A stretch of DNA of 64,000 nt from Catajapyx aquilonaris (lineage: Eukaryota). Position numbers and translations under genes: made by a program. Positions within the stretch are counted from its first letter, which is position 1. Each line of letters begins with the position of its first letter. The stretch is taken from positions 1 to 64,000 of the forward strand of contig KZ538491.1 of NCBI GenBank assembly GCA_000934665.2, given 5' to 3'. The notes under the pieces were generated by a model. That model saw only the letters and a list, made by a program, of their open reading frames with translations. It made no database searches and was not told the DNA's origin. Below are positions 1 to 12,300 of this stretch, piece after piece.

Positions 1-238
1 GATATGACGTCATGATTTGGCCCAAACTTTGGGGACCTCGTGAGCCCTAACCAGGCCACGTAGAGCAATATGACCTTCACTTCCATATACTGATTTTCCA
101 CAAGCAATCTCGCTACCTGAAGCTTGTCCGCCATTTACCGACCACCCTGTATAATCTTCATTCATGCATACAGATTCAGAATCATTCTTGTAGTGTGTGT
201 TTTAATTTTTTTAATGATTTTTATTTAATTTTTTTAAG

Positions 239-2808
239 GGACCGGACTCCGTTCGTTTTAACCTCAGACATGGCATATGTGATAAATGGTGGGGACCGTC
301 AGTCTGACCGATTTCACCTGTTTGTTGACCTCTGCTGCCAAGCATTCAACATTGTCCGCAAGCATGGGAACCTTTTCCTCAACCTCTTTGCACTTGTAAG
401 AATATTTTTGATTCCACTACATTTTATCGTATCTTAATAAAAGTCAAAAAATAATAATTTTTTACTTATGCCCTTTTCCCCCTGAATCCGAGCATTCACC
501 TCGATTAATCCACCTCGTTGATAACACTCGGATTCGGGGGGAAAAGCGTATAAGTAAAAAAATTATTTGTTTGACTTCTGCTCTTTTTCCCGTGCATCCA
601 AGAAATAGAAAATTTGTTGAAATTCAGTCGCATTAAATTACACCATATTTGATGGTTGTGATTTGGTGTTGTCAGTGAAGTGCATTTTATGAATTGGGTG
701 AAATATTTAAAAGACGTTGATATTCCAGATGGCCTCATCAGATATTCCAGGAGTGAGCATGGATGCAGTGAGTTATGTCCAGAAAGCACTTTTGCCTGAC
801 CTCTCAGGCGCTGAGGCTGCAGCCCATTTTGCTCGATTGATAGAAGGTGCCTTGAGGTCGTGGTTTACACAAGTTAACTTCTTCTTACACAACTTAGCTC
901 AACTCAGATTCACTGGTGACCACAACAATTCAACTCTGCTCTCTTTTGTGCCCAGGACTTACACGTAAGACATTTCGGAGTGTACAGTATAAATATGCAT
1001 GCATTGCTTCACATCTATTATTCACATGAATGCAGTGGTTCCCAACCTTTTTCGGGTCGTGACCCCCTTTTATGATAGTCAAGTAACCTGCGACCTCCCC
1101 CCGTCCCTCCCCGTCCCTGAGTGTTAGTAGGTGTTGAAAAAAACCTTCACGATGAAATTGCCTATGAAAAAAAATTTATTTAAAAAAATGTTTGTCATTT
1201 TTTCATTTACAAAAATTATCGCAGCCATGCACGACCCCCCGGAAAAGGATTCGCAACCCCCAAAGGGGTTGCGAAGCCTTTTCCCAGGTTGGGAACCGCT
1301 GCATTAATGCAAGAGATTTAGTAATAGTCCTTGTTTTGGTACTTGACGGGATCTCCCGACTCATAATTATTTCATTTTTTAGTCAGCAGTCTGATGGGCG
1401 CATATACTCAGTGAGTGTACATGGCTATCAGAAGAGGTATGATCCGGAGAAGTATTATGTCTTCATAATTCGTGTTGAACGGGAGGGGCAACCAGGATGC
1501 TCCTACCTCTTTCGATCATACCGAGAGTTCTGTGAGCTTCATCAGAAACTGTGCCTATCATTCCCCCTTGCCAAGATGCACAGCCTCCCACGAGGGGTTA
1601 CCATCGGAAGATCAAATGTTAAGCAAGTTGCCATCAAAAGGAGGCTGGAAATTGAACGCTTCCTCAGATCGCTATTCTCCTTGGCAGAGGAGATTGCCCA
1701 CTCTGCACTTGTGTACACATTCTTTCACCCATTACTCAGGGACCAGCAGGAGAGCGATGTACATCTAACAAAACTTAGAGGTATGACTTTTCACAAGCTA
1801 TTGGTTTATTTTTGTTTGGGAAACCATCTTGATATCATTTATTTCTGCAGAAGTTTAATGTAGTATATCTCGCATCAGTATCTCAAAGACACTGAATATT
1901 GGCTATTTCTTGTCTATGACAGGTCCAACTGTTGCTGAAGAAGCTGCTTATGCATCAGGTGGTCAGTCAGGGTCTATTAGTGGCCAGCTGAAGCTCTCCC
2001 TGCATTATAGAAGAGGAGCTCTTGCTGTACTGGTGCAGCATGCGAGGCACCTGGGGTGCCCCAGTGGACAGGAGCCAAATGCATATGTCAAGGTTTACTT
2101 GCAGCCAGATCCATTCAAGCGAACCAAGAGAAAAACTAAGGTAAAGTACCGAATATTATTAATAATTAATTGGTTGGGTAATGCTTTCACCCTATCTGGG
2201 TTTATCGCATGGACCTTTATTTGTTGTGTACATTGGAGCCTTTATACGTAACGCCCGGGCCCACGGGCAGGATGACAGGAGGGGATGTGCAAGTGCAGTG
2301 CATCTGACGTGTGGCCATTTTTAGTGAGCTCCCCCGAGTGGTTTAGTCTGTAGGAAATACCACCCGAGACGAAGCCAGAGGTGACCGACCTCTGCACGAG
2401 ATGAAGGGGGTGTCCCCGGGCTGGGATCGAACCCGGGACCTTAACATCCGTGGGCGCGCACGTTACCGCGGCGCCACTCCGTCTCCCCGAATATTATTAA
2501 TAATGATTGCTTTAAATTTGGTGGAGAACCAGAATGTGTATGAATTAAATGCCATTTTGCTTCAGATTGTTCGACGCAATCGGCATCCTTCATTCATGGA
2601 AATGCTGGAGTACCGCCTTCCACTAGAAGTAATCCAAGGACGACGACTAGAAGCAGCTGTATGGCACCATGACCGTCTGCAAGAAAATGTTTTTCTTGGT
2701 GCTGCTTCTGTGTACCTGGCTACTTTGGACCTGGTAACACAAGACAACTCAGAATGGTTTCCATTGGTGCCTCGGTTGCAGTGTGACCAGTCAACTATGA
2801 CCCGGTGA
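239..2808 (+). CDS. PIK3C2A: Class II phosphatidylinositol 3-kinase (PI3K-C2 / Pi3K68D-like), 3' part; exons 239-395, 729-964, 1383-1780, 1923-2140, 2566-2808; 5' exons lie upstream of the window
   Basis: Kinase C-lobe [19 protein letters not shown]...[22 protein letters not shown] and [12 protein letters not shown]. Then a PX domain ([41 protein letters not shown]) and a C-terminal C2 domain ([28 protein letters not shown]). GT-AG junctions keep frame; TGA at 2806-2808. Confidence 0.95.
1033..1301. mobile_element. hAT/Charlie-type MITE in a PI3K intron
   Basis: TIRs CAGTGGTTCCCAACCT / AGGTTGGGAACCGCTG; 8-bp TSD catgaatg / cattaatg (7/8 match); no transposase. Confidence 0.85.
2167..2488 (-). 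mobile_element. tRNA-derived SINE in the last PI3K intron
   Basis: Minus-strand head with A-box-like TGGCGCCGCGG and B box GGTTCGATCCC; flanked by 16-bp direct repeat gaatattattaataat (2151-2166, 2489-2504). Confidence 0.8.
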
Positions 2809-4096
2809 CCCTCATCAACTCCCAGGCCAACAGCAGGAGCTGCACCGATTGTGTCGACAGCACTGAAGTGAGGCCTTACGTATCATTTATAATTATTGTG
2901 AATTTATATGCGCAGAGTTTTAGTGATTTCTATGTGTCCCGTGATAAATATTAAATTTTGTATACCAGTTGTGGCACTTTACTCTCATCTCTTGGTAAAA
3001 CCTTAAGTTCCCAGTCATTTTTTTGAATAATAATTGAACTATCTTGACTCATATGGTACTTTTCTATACTGAACAGTTTAGTCAGTGGTAGAGCACAATG
3101 TTCCTAAAGTCAGCAGTGAAGAAACTGTCTACTCAATTTATTAGTGACTCATTTGGGGCATTCCCTCAAAGAGCTGCCTTCTGGCACAGCTATTAATATT
3201 TGCTGTCAAGATCTCATCAACCAGAGTTGAACCAAGCCTATTTTTAAAATAAAACCTTGTCGTCTTTTTAGAGTGCAGGCAGGTCCCTCATGTGTACTGG
3301 CAAGAACTCTGTTTAGAATATATTGCTATGCAAGTCTCAAAAGAATTGACATAGGTTCATCAGATAATTCAGAAAATATAATATAGCACACTTTAATAGT
3401 TATTCATTGCACAATAATAACAACAACGAGAATAACAATAATCATAGTGGTAAATCATATATAAGGTACTTAGCTTGTGCACCAGTATGTAATTGCTTTA
3501 GCAAAAAATAAGTTAGCAGAAAACTGATGCACTGAAGTACGTTTCATTTACAAGGAGCTACTGTCAACTGGTATGAGTATGAATTACAGTGTATAAAAAT
3601 GTTGGTATTGGGTTTGGATTGACAAAAATGTGTACTGCTGTACATAACTGGTAGGACACTAACATTGAATTATTCCAGTCCTCCTCACATCTTGTATTCT
3701 CCAGGTAGTACATTTCTTGACATGGGGAGTCAAATGAAGATATTTTGACATCCAGAAGTGAGGCGACCACCTGAAATAACTTTATGCTGATCGCAGGAGG
3801 GATTCCTGTAATAACAACATTATGAATTGTCATGCAGCTTTACAAATCAGTTCAATTTACTCTTCTTTCTGTCAACTCTATCATATGTTAAGGGAGTGTC
3901 GATAATCTCATGATGCTTTTTAAATATGCAGTTAGCCACAAGTGTAAGACTGCTGAAAGCTTTACATAGCTTTACATTTATGGAATTTGAGTAAGAAATG
4001 GTGAGTTTCTTGAGCCAGTGTGTGTGAAGAAATTACTGGTAAATAATACCCACTTTTTTAGTGCATAAATATGAGAGGAGATGCTTAGGGTAGGAT

Positions 4097-7000
4097 TCAT
4101 TCATGTGCTGCTTTGAATCTTACCCTTTGAGCAAATTCTTCTGAGACATCTTTAAGGGAATCCTCCATTAGTGTTGAAGAACAGCATCGTCTTTGCTTGC
4201 AGGAGTCCAACTCGCATCTCAGGTAGCAGCCATAGGACTTGTTACTTTTCGTTTGTTCAAACTCAGTCTGTAGAAACTCAGGCTGTAGAGTTGCATGTGA
4301 CACACCCCATTCCGCAAAGAAGTCATCCAGCCCTTTACGAGCTGACAAGTACACCTGCATGAAAAATAGTGTTGTCCTTTTAGTCTGCTGGGTGGTCAAT
4401 AACTCCTTAATTGCTTCAGGTCAAACACTTCCTTGTCCTTGTTGACATTTTATTTCTGCTAGGCATAATTAAACTATGTAACAGCAATTATTAAGTAGAA
4501 GTATCCTGTTTAGTAGTTATGGCAGACAGGAAGTTTGTCATAAATATTTCTTACAATTGCAATTGTAGCACAATTTCAATAATTAATTGATGCCGCACAC
4601 ACTTATTATGCTTCCCATGCAATAATTATATATAGCGTACTTCGTCATAAAATTGGCCAAGAAATGCACCAGTAAGTCATGAGACATTCATGAAAAGGAA
4701 TTGCTCGTCAGTTTTCAAATCAGGAATGAGATAGTTTTGCTTACCTCAGCACTGGGGAATACAAGGTGAGCAGTAGCAACAATTTGAGAAGGGTTAAGTT
4801 GCCACACATGTATCTCGTGCACATCAACCAGAGATGGAAATCGTGAACGAAGTTGCTCCTGAAAGGTTTTCAAGTCCAGTGATGCAGGCAGAGTTTGCAA
4901 CAATATTGCACTTGCTTCGCCAACTGAAAGAAATAACAACATCAAGTGCTCTTATTGATCTTGGTAAGGTAATAGGGCACAGGCAAGTAATGTGTGGTTT
5001 CTGAACTTACTGTACTGAACGCTACTGGCAGTGATGATGATTACAGCCACCAAAGCAGCTATGGGGTCAAAGTATATGGCTGGTGCACCAGGGAAAAACA
5101 TGGTGACCAGTGCCGATGCAACCACCAGAAAACAACCTTTGGAAATAATCAACATTGCCAAAAAATGCCAAAGCAAATCAGAAGGAATGCTGCACATTAC
5201 CGGCCGTATCTCTTAAAATCCAGCAGAGTATGCGGCACTTCTGCGGTGATGAAGACCCAACCCTGGCCAAGAATCCCATCTGCATGGCTGTATATCCACC
5301 TTTTAGAAGTATAAAGCTGATGAGGTTGAGAGCGAGTCCTGTTGCTCCTAAGCCCAACACGGCTCCTTCCATGTGCATGGCATCCACAACCTCTTCCTCA
5401 CTGTTCCCATGACTTGCGTGTGTTAGGGTCTGAAGCGCCTCAACCACCACAGAAAAGTTGAGGGCGGCCAGAAAAACCATTGTGACTGCAGCCCCCAAGA
5501 CTTCAACTCTGGCCCAGCCAAATGTGTTACGAAGGCCAACGCCACGCTCACCTAGCTGCAGAAATAAATACACCAATATTGGATATACTGTAGTACTGTA
5601 CTTCATATTCTTATATCTGCATAAGTCTCTATTTGAAGGTCTGAATTGACAATTTCCCCCATCAAACAGAGATTTTCTCAGATTCAGGTATGTACTGTAT
5701 ATCAACCTGGTGCAAATGGCCCTCAGGCAACAATATGTTACGCAATAATTGTTTTGATTGAAACTGCAGGTTATAAACTTGTCAGTTGCGTCTCAATATA
5801 CAGCCCTTAAGAGGATGTGCTCTGAATTCCTGGCATGTAGCATGTGGCCAAAGTTAGGAAAGTAATAAATTTTTATACCTCCTGTTATGCACATACATTT
5901 CACCTTGGTACACGTAACAGAATTGATGCTGTGTTTTTTAAAACCCTTTCCAGAAAAAAATATATTGGGTGCGTGCAATTGTGTGTGGTATGTCCACGCA
6001 TCAATTTCTTCCCTACTTGGTGATATCTCTGACAAGGCCAACTGTGTCCTTCATGGCAAACCAGTATTTACATGTAGTCAGCTGGGACAGTGTTCATAAT
6101 AATTTTTCACCTGACACTTCTGAGGCACACCCATAACATGATCTGACTATTGGAGAACCAATACTTCCCTAAACAATGTCTCCTGGTTTGACAAATACAG
6201 GATGATCTATTGGTCCATAATAATGACAGCATGGGTATCTCATCACTTCGTCTATTGGATCATTTTTATGTTTCACCCACAGTTTCATTTCTGAGATAAT
6301 TAGCATTGATCATAGAGTTCTTTATACTGTTTACATTAGATACAGCTTATGACACTTCCATCGCCTTGGAACAGTCTGCTACATGCTAATGAGATTTTAG
6401 TTGACATATTGCACTGCAGCATCCAAAAAAATTGGAAAAAGCAAGGTTGTGCGAAGGGATGCATACATGCCAGGATAATTATTTAATCTTTGTGTTAGAA
6501 GCCCATTATTTCCTTAATTAACTGTGTTGCAGAGAGCAAATAATGACACCGCTACATAAAGCGATCCTTGATCCCCAAGAATTTATCCTAGGAAATTGTT
6601 AGTATTATTATGAAACATCCTGCACAATAAATATTTACTCATACAGAGTGTCACTGATGCTAATGCTGATGTACATTATTTCAATAACCTTGTTGATTAC
6701 CCATGTCCGAGTAAACATATTGAAGGCCTATGATATACGATGTGCAACCGGCCCATCACTTCTCCGGTGCACACGGCTCTAATTTGTTTTAATCAAAACT
6801 ATATCAGCAGATATGACACTGACCTTATTGTCTTTTCTATAACACGCTTAACCTATCGACACCAGTATCGCCCAAATAGAATTCACATGCTTTTTGACTC
6901 CCACTTATTTTGACTACACATCATGATAGCAGCATCTGGGACCATTTTCCTAAAATTGGCTCCTATCTAGGTGTTAGGATAAGAAATATCCCAGAAGGCA

Positions 7001-7441
7001 ACAATCGGAACTGACTCACTTGTAATTTGGACTAGGGGCTTGGGAAGTGATTTAAAATAATTTACAAATAATTTAAAAGGGGAAAAAGCACGGCGCGAAA
7101 TTTGAAATGAGGTGCCTCACCCTAAAAGTGGCCAATCCGGATATGAGCGTAAGTAGATTGTATATGGTGTGATATGCGTCTGATCGAAGGGCAAGGGAAT
7201 GCGACACATGGCTGAGGAGCAGTTGTGACAACCCGAACATGAAGGTGAGAGCCAGAAGAATCCACAGCCTCGCCTGTAGACTTCTTCTCCTCTCAAAGTC
7301 CTCCCTGTCCTCCTTCTCTGCTTTTGCTTCTTCTTCCTTAAGTCTGACCAACTCCTCCACTTTTGACTCCAGCTGATGCCCCCCATCTTTGGTGCTCTCC
7401 ACCACTTGGATCCAATTTGCCTGCTGCTGTTGGTCACCCAT
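4097..7441 (-). CDS. Cation diffusion facilitator, ZnT/SLC30 (ZnT1/ZnT10-like clade); exons 7441-7121, 5555-5201, 5136-5011, 4923-4745, 4354-4097
   Basis: SHSLALRSDAYH, RNTFGWARVEVLG, YFDP, ILLQTLP, VHEIHVWQL, GVSHATLQPEF and a Cys-rich tail (CYLRC..C..RRCC) are typical ZnT1-family motifs; junction phases are consistent. Confidence 0.9.
6768..6777 (+). promoter_or_regulatory. Candidate metal-response element (MRE) in ZnT intron 1; second core at 8370-8376 upstream of ZnT
   Basis: TGCACACGGC matches the extended MRE consensus TGCRCNCGGC; TGCACTC at 8370. Confidence 0.3.
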
Positions 7442-8998
7442 CCTCAGGTTCAACTGCTCTCGTTTCTATAGTGCGGGGGCTACTCTATTTGAGCCTATCA
7501 GTCGGCCTTCGTACCCTCTATCGGCCCCACCACCTCCTCCTCATGTCCTCCTATACACCAATCTGCATCGAGCACTCAAGTCCCATTCGAGGTGATTATT
7601 AAAGAGTAGTTGACACTTGCTCAACTATCATTAATAAGCGGTTTAAAAAAAATGTAGTGTAGATTTCGGAGAGGTCATCAGCATATTTTCGCATATGCGG
7701 TTTTCCTATTTACAGTAGCACCAAATACGTACAGCTGTAGATGTAATTCTAACACTGTATACGGTAAAGTGAAGAGTCTTGTCAGTGATTTCTTGAATTG
7801 GTTATTAGAAGGTGGGTACTTACAGTACGGTAGTAACACCTAATAAAACTTTTGTTTATCCTTAGTGAATATCTTTGTGGATATCCTGTCATCAGTGACT
7901 ATGAATATTCACGAAACGCCCATTTATCTCATTTGCTGATATTCAAACAAGTTTACTTATTAATTTTTTATTACTGTAGATTCACTGATATTTTTTTCTG
8001 AATATTTGACATACGTAAGTTCGTTGTCACTTATTATGAACGTCCACGTGTTCCTGGTATTGCGTTCTCATTAATCAAATGATGGGATATCGCAATTACT
8101 ACGTCGTGCGTTTTCTAGGTGTGGCTAAACCAGTTTTGCGTGTCTCAATAACAGCCGCGAATTTTTATTATTACTGTATCCAAGCTGTATCTCACTCCGA
8201 TAAACATACGGACTATAGGTAAGCAATTGCCGGAAAATTATTTTTGGTTTTCAGAGAAGCAGAAAAAAACGAAGATGAAAGACGACTCACTATATCTGAC
8301 TGACACTGAGGCCAATAAGAGGTTAATTCACAGTTTTCAGACTGTTTTCAGGTAGTCGTGAACCAACGATGCACTCAATAATTCACTTCTGTGTGTTTTT
8401 TTTTTTTTACTATTGTTAGTAACTTTGAAAGCCGTTAATAACCACAATCTTGGTAGATAAATAACTCAGTTCAAAAAAAGTCTCAATCGTCCTAAAATGG
8501 ATTTGAAGGAAAATTCCTGCTGGTTGTAACTGCCACAAGGCCAGTTGAAATTTATGTTTATTCAGATTATACAATGAAACCCAATGATGAAACCAGTTTG
8601 AGTCGGCTCCATGTACGGAAAATGAGAAAACGAATAATTTGACGTCATCAAGGTTTCCATGGAAATTCACAGAACAATATGAGTAAACAACAGTGTTAAC
8701 AAACAGCAACAATGTGAGAAACGATGACGTCAGATCGTCCTCTCTTTTTCCGTACATGAACCTAACCTAACCTTCCTTATTCCTTGCGGATACAGCCCTA
8801 TGTCTTCAGCGGATACACAAACATATGGGTCGCAGGGCCAGTTGCGGAGACCCCGTACAATTTGCTTATATGCTCCGTATAATTGTTGTAATAGCAAGTT
8901 TCCGTTTATTGACTGTCCGTTACAGACAGTTTTAACTACTGTATAAAGTTGATGAGATGTTTAATCAGATTGTGCCAGTGCCATAAATCCCTTTCGTA

Positions 8999-9041
8999 TT
9001 TTACAGCCAAACGTTTTACAGCCAAACGTTTTACAGCCAAA
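8999..9041. repeat. Short tandem repeat, about 3 x 15 bp (ttttacagccaaacg)
   Basis: Directly visible between ZnT and SPT2. Confidence 0.9.
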
Positions 9042-9310
9042 CACAGCAACTGAAATATTTCCCAGCAGGTGTGCATATGTCGCCTGTTGATTCGACAATT
9101 GGCCAACAGGTGGTGCTGGTGGAGCCAGCAACTAGCGACATCTTCCGGATGTTGGCCGTGTGAGAGTGTGACGTCAGATATGAACTAATTGCAAAATGGC
9201 GTCTGGAAATTTCTGCCAGATTATTCGGCCGGAGTTTTAATAAAAAAGGGGAAAGAAAAACCTCCATTAATTTCCACTTTGGCAGGGCGGCATTCTGCGT
9301 AGTCAAAACC

Positions 9311-12300
9311 ATGAACTTCGAGGAGCTGATCAGCGTGGCGAAGCGGAATGACCACTATAACCAGAGTAATGTAAGTGGATTTTGAGAATATGTTGGGGGT
9401 TCGAATGTTTACAAGAAGTAGGACAGTTTGTGATGTAATTGTAATATTCATTCATGACCTTTCATGTGGGCAGGCCCAGGTTAAGCGGTTCAGCACGCAG
9501 CTGCCAGCTCCCAAGAAAGAGACGCCCAAGACCCGAGCACTTTCCAACAACATTCGCAGCTTTCTGGCTCGGAAAGAAGAAGAGGAGAAACAGAAGCAGA
9601 TTGAAGCTGAGATACAGAAAGAGGTTGGATTTACATTGCCAAAGTGAAGTATTTGTAATAGACTAATGGTGTTTATTTTTCATGTAGAAACTGCTGGCCT
9701 TACGAGCAAAGGACAAGAAGGCGACGGCTAGAGTGAAGCGTATGACGCACAGGACCAAGGAGGTGAACCGAGCTGTACTGGATGATGCTAAAGTTGCTGC
9801 GAAGGAGCTGCAGGGAAATATTGATGGTTTGTGTTGACTTGACTAGCGTAATGTTAGCTTTGGTTTACAAGAATATGTTTGGATCAATATCCAGGAAATT
9901 ATGGATTAAAATAATGTATAATTTGTGTGCATACAAAGCTGTTCATATTGGCTGTACCATTTTATGAGCGACTAAATTTTAGGCAAATATTTCAATAGCT
10001 TGTGCAATACTGTACCTATTGGTATAGTTCTTCATGATTTTTTGTCAGGTGTTGTTTATGAAATAAATCACCCTTGAAGTGAGTGGCGATTGATTCTAGC
10101 CTGACACATGGGGTAGGAGGCTTCTAGCCAAGAGTGACTCTGGGTTGTATTATGCATGGAAATTGTCAATACTGCAAAGGTCATCATGACCTTCTTTTTG
10201 GATGACCCCTAATGCAAGGCAGTGAGAGTTGTAGTATGCCAATTATTATGTGTAAAATTTTGCAGCAATGAAAGTCAAATTTTGTTAATGTAATTTAGTT
10301 ATTCATCAGATAATTCCCACAAATTTTGAAAATTACAGCAGATTTAGTGTGATGTGTTAGACTGCCTCAGTTATTTTAGCTAGCTAACATGCATTTGGTG
10401 AAGGTACTCGAGTACTTAATATTACATTTTTCCATAGCTCAACCAGATGAGGATGACTACGGATTTGAATCAGCAGAGGCATCTCAGTTGTACCAACGAA
10501 TAATGGCCAAGTACAAGGATACTGGGAGCAAGACAAGCCCATTTTCTCCTAAGAAGAGACCAAAGCTGGGAGATTTGTCAGGGACCAAGGACAGGGTCAA
10601 GGAGGCTATTATGAAGGAGCAAGGGGAAGAAGTGGATGAGTTTGGGAACAGGAGGAAGAGGAGGAGACGAAAACCAAAGGACCAATCAGGAGGTGCGACT
10701 GCCCTAGTATATTGTACACAATTTTATGTGCACCTTTTAGGGTTGTCTTTCTGTTGTATTTTAGGGTGATCCAACTCTATGGCACCAACAGGTATTGGAA
10801 AAATCGCGCAAGCTGCTTGTTTATAAGCAGGTCGTTGCTAAGAGATACTTTCTAGAGTGTCAGGAATAGCACCTCTTAGCAACGACCTGCTTATAAACAA
10901 GCAGCTTGCACGATTTTTCCAATACCTGTTGGTGCCATAGAGTTGGATCACCCTGATATTTACATGCAGGGTGTAAATGAATTCAGGGGACAAACTTGTA
11001 GGGGTAATAGAGGGGACCAATACAAGTATTTTTGACATAGGAACCCGTGTCCGGAAACGCCATCTAGAGGGGGTTCATAGACAAGGAATGGGTGCGCTCA
11101 GATGCGTCCGGCGGGCGGCGTTAGCGAGCGGACCATTTAGTTGCTAGGTGCCGTGCGGATTGTACACAGCTTCGCAATTTGCCATAACCTGGCAACAACA
11201 GAGCCACCTAACAACTAAAGTCAGCATGCTAGGTAGCGCACGGATAATAAACAACAACTCTATTGTTGCCAGGTTATGACGAATTGCGAAGTTGTGTACA
11301 GTACAATCCGCACGGCACCTAGTAACTAAACGGTCCGCTTGCTAACACCGCCCGCTGGATACATCTGATGAGTGCACCCGTTCCTTGTCTATGAACCCCC
11401 TCTAGATGGCGTTTCTGGACACGGGTTCCTAGGTCAAATATGTTTGTCTTGGTCCCCTCTATTACCCCTACAAGTTTGTCTCCCGAATTCATTTACACCC
11501 TGTATACATGGTGTAAATGTAGTGTAGTCTATGTTCTCTGACTTGTTTTTAATCATTTCTATAAAATAATTTAATGTAAGAATTCTCTCATGTACAGGGT
11601 GAAGGGAAACTTGCGGACAATCACCAGGTTGACTGATAGTACTTGTAAAACTAATATAGGGATGCGCAAGTAGTTTTTGGCTTGTTGCACAGTTAATGCG
11701 TACTGCGCCTTTAAAGTGTAGAGGGCTGGATGGTAAAATACGAGGTAAAAATGACAAAGTGCACTGGTGTCATGCCCAGATTCTTCCTCTGACAGGATTT
11801 GATCACCTCTTGCACATGTACAATGTGTTAGGGGACCAAGGGAGGGGACCAGAGGGCCTCGAGATAACTTTTGCTTCTCTGAAGCTGGTGGAATAGATGT
11901 GACATCACGAAACTTTGACTGCGCCCAAAACTAATTGCACATCCCTATATTAGTTTTACAAGTACTCTCAGTCTACCTGGTGATTGTCCATGTGTTTCCC
12001 TTCACCCTGCATAGTACAGTACAAATATCAAGGACCAAATATATTTGATACTGTGCTGCATGTTTCTGCCAGACATAATGATTAGTGCATATTCTTATGT
12101 GAAATTGCCTTAATTCCATGATATACAGGAGCAGAAGGCGCTGAGTCAGAGGAAGACGTTTCTGAAGACGAAGAGAGTGCTTCTAAATCGGATGCAAAGG
12201 GTCGGCCAAAAGCTGCCCCACCACCATTAAGCTTCCATGAGATACTTCGACTGGCACAGGAAAAGTCTTCTCTACCTGCTGCAGCCTTCACCCCTCCCCC

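Noticed and set aside
2410..2488. tRNA gene (also 27845-27924)
   Set aside because: A and B boxes are present, but each is followed by an unrelated body of about 250 bp and flanked by TSDs, so these are SINE heads
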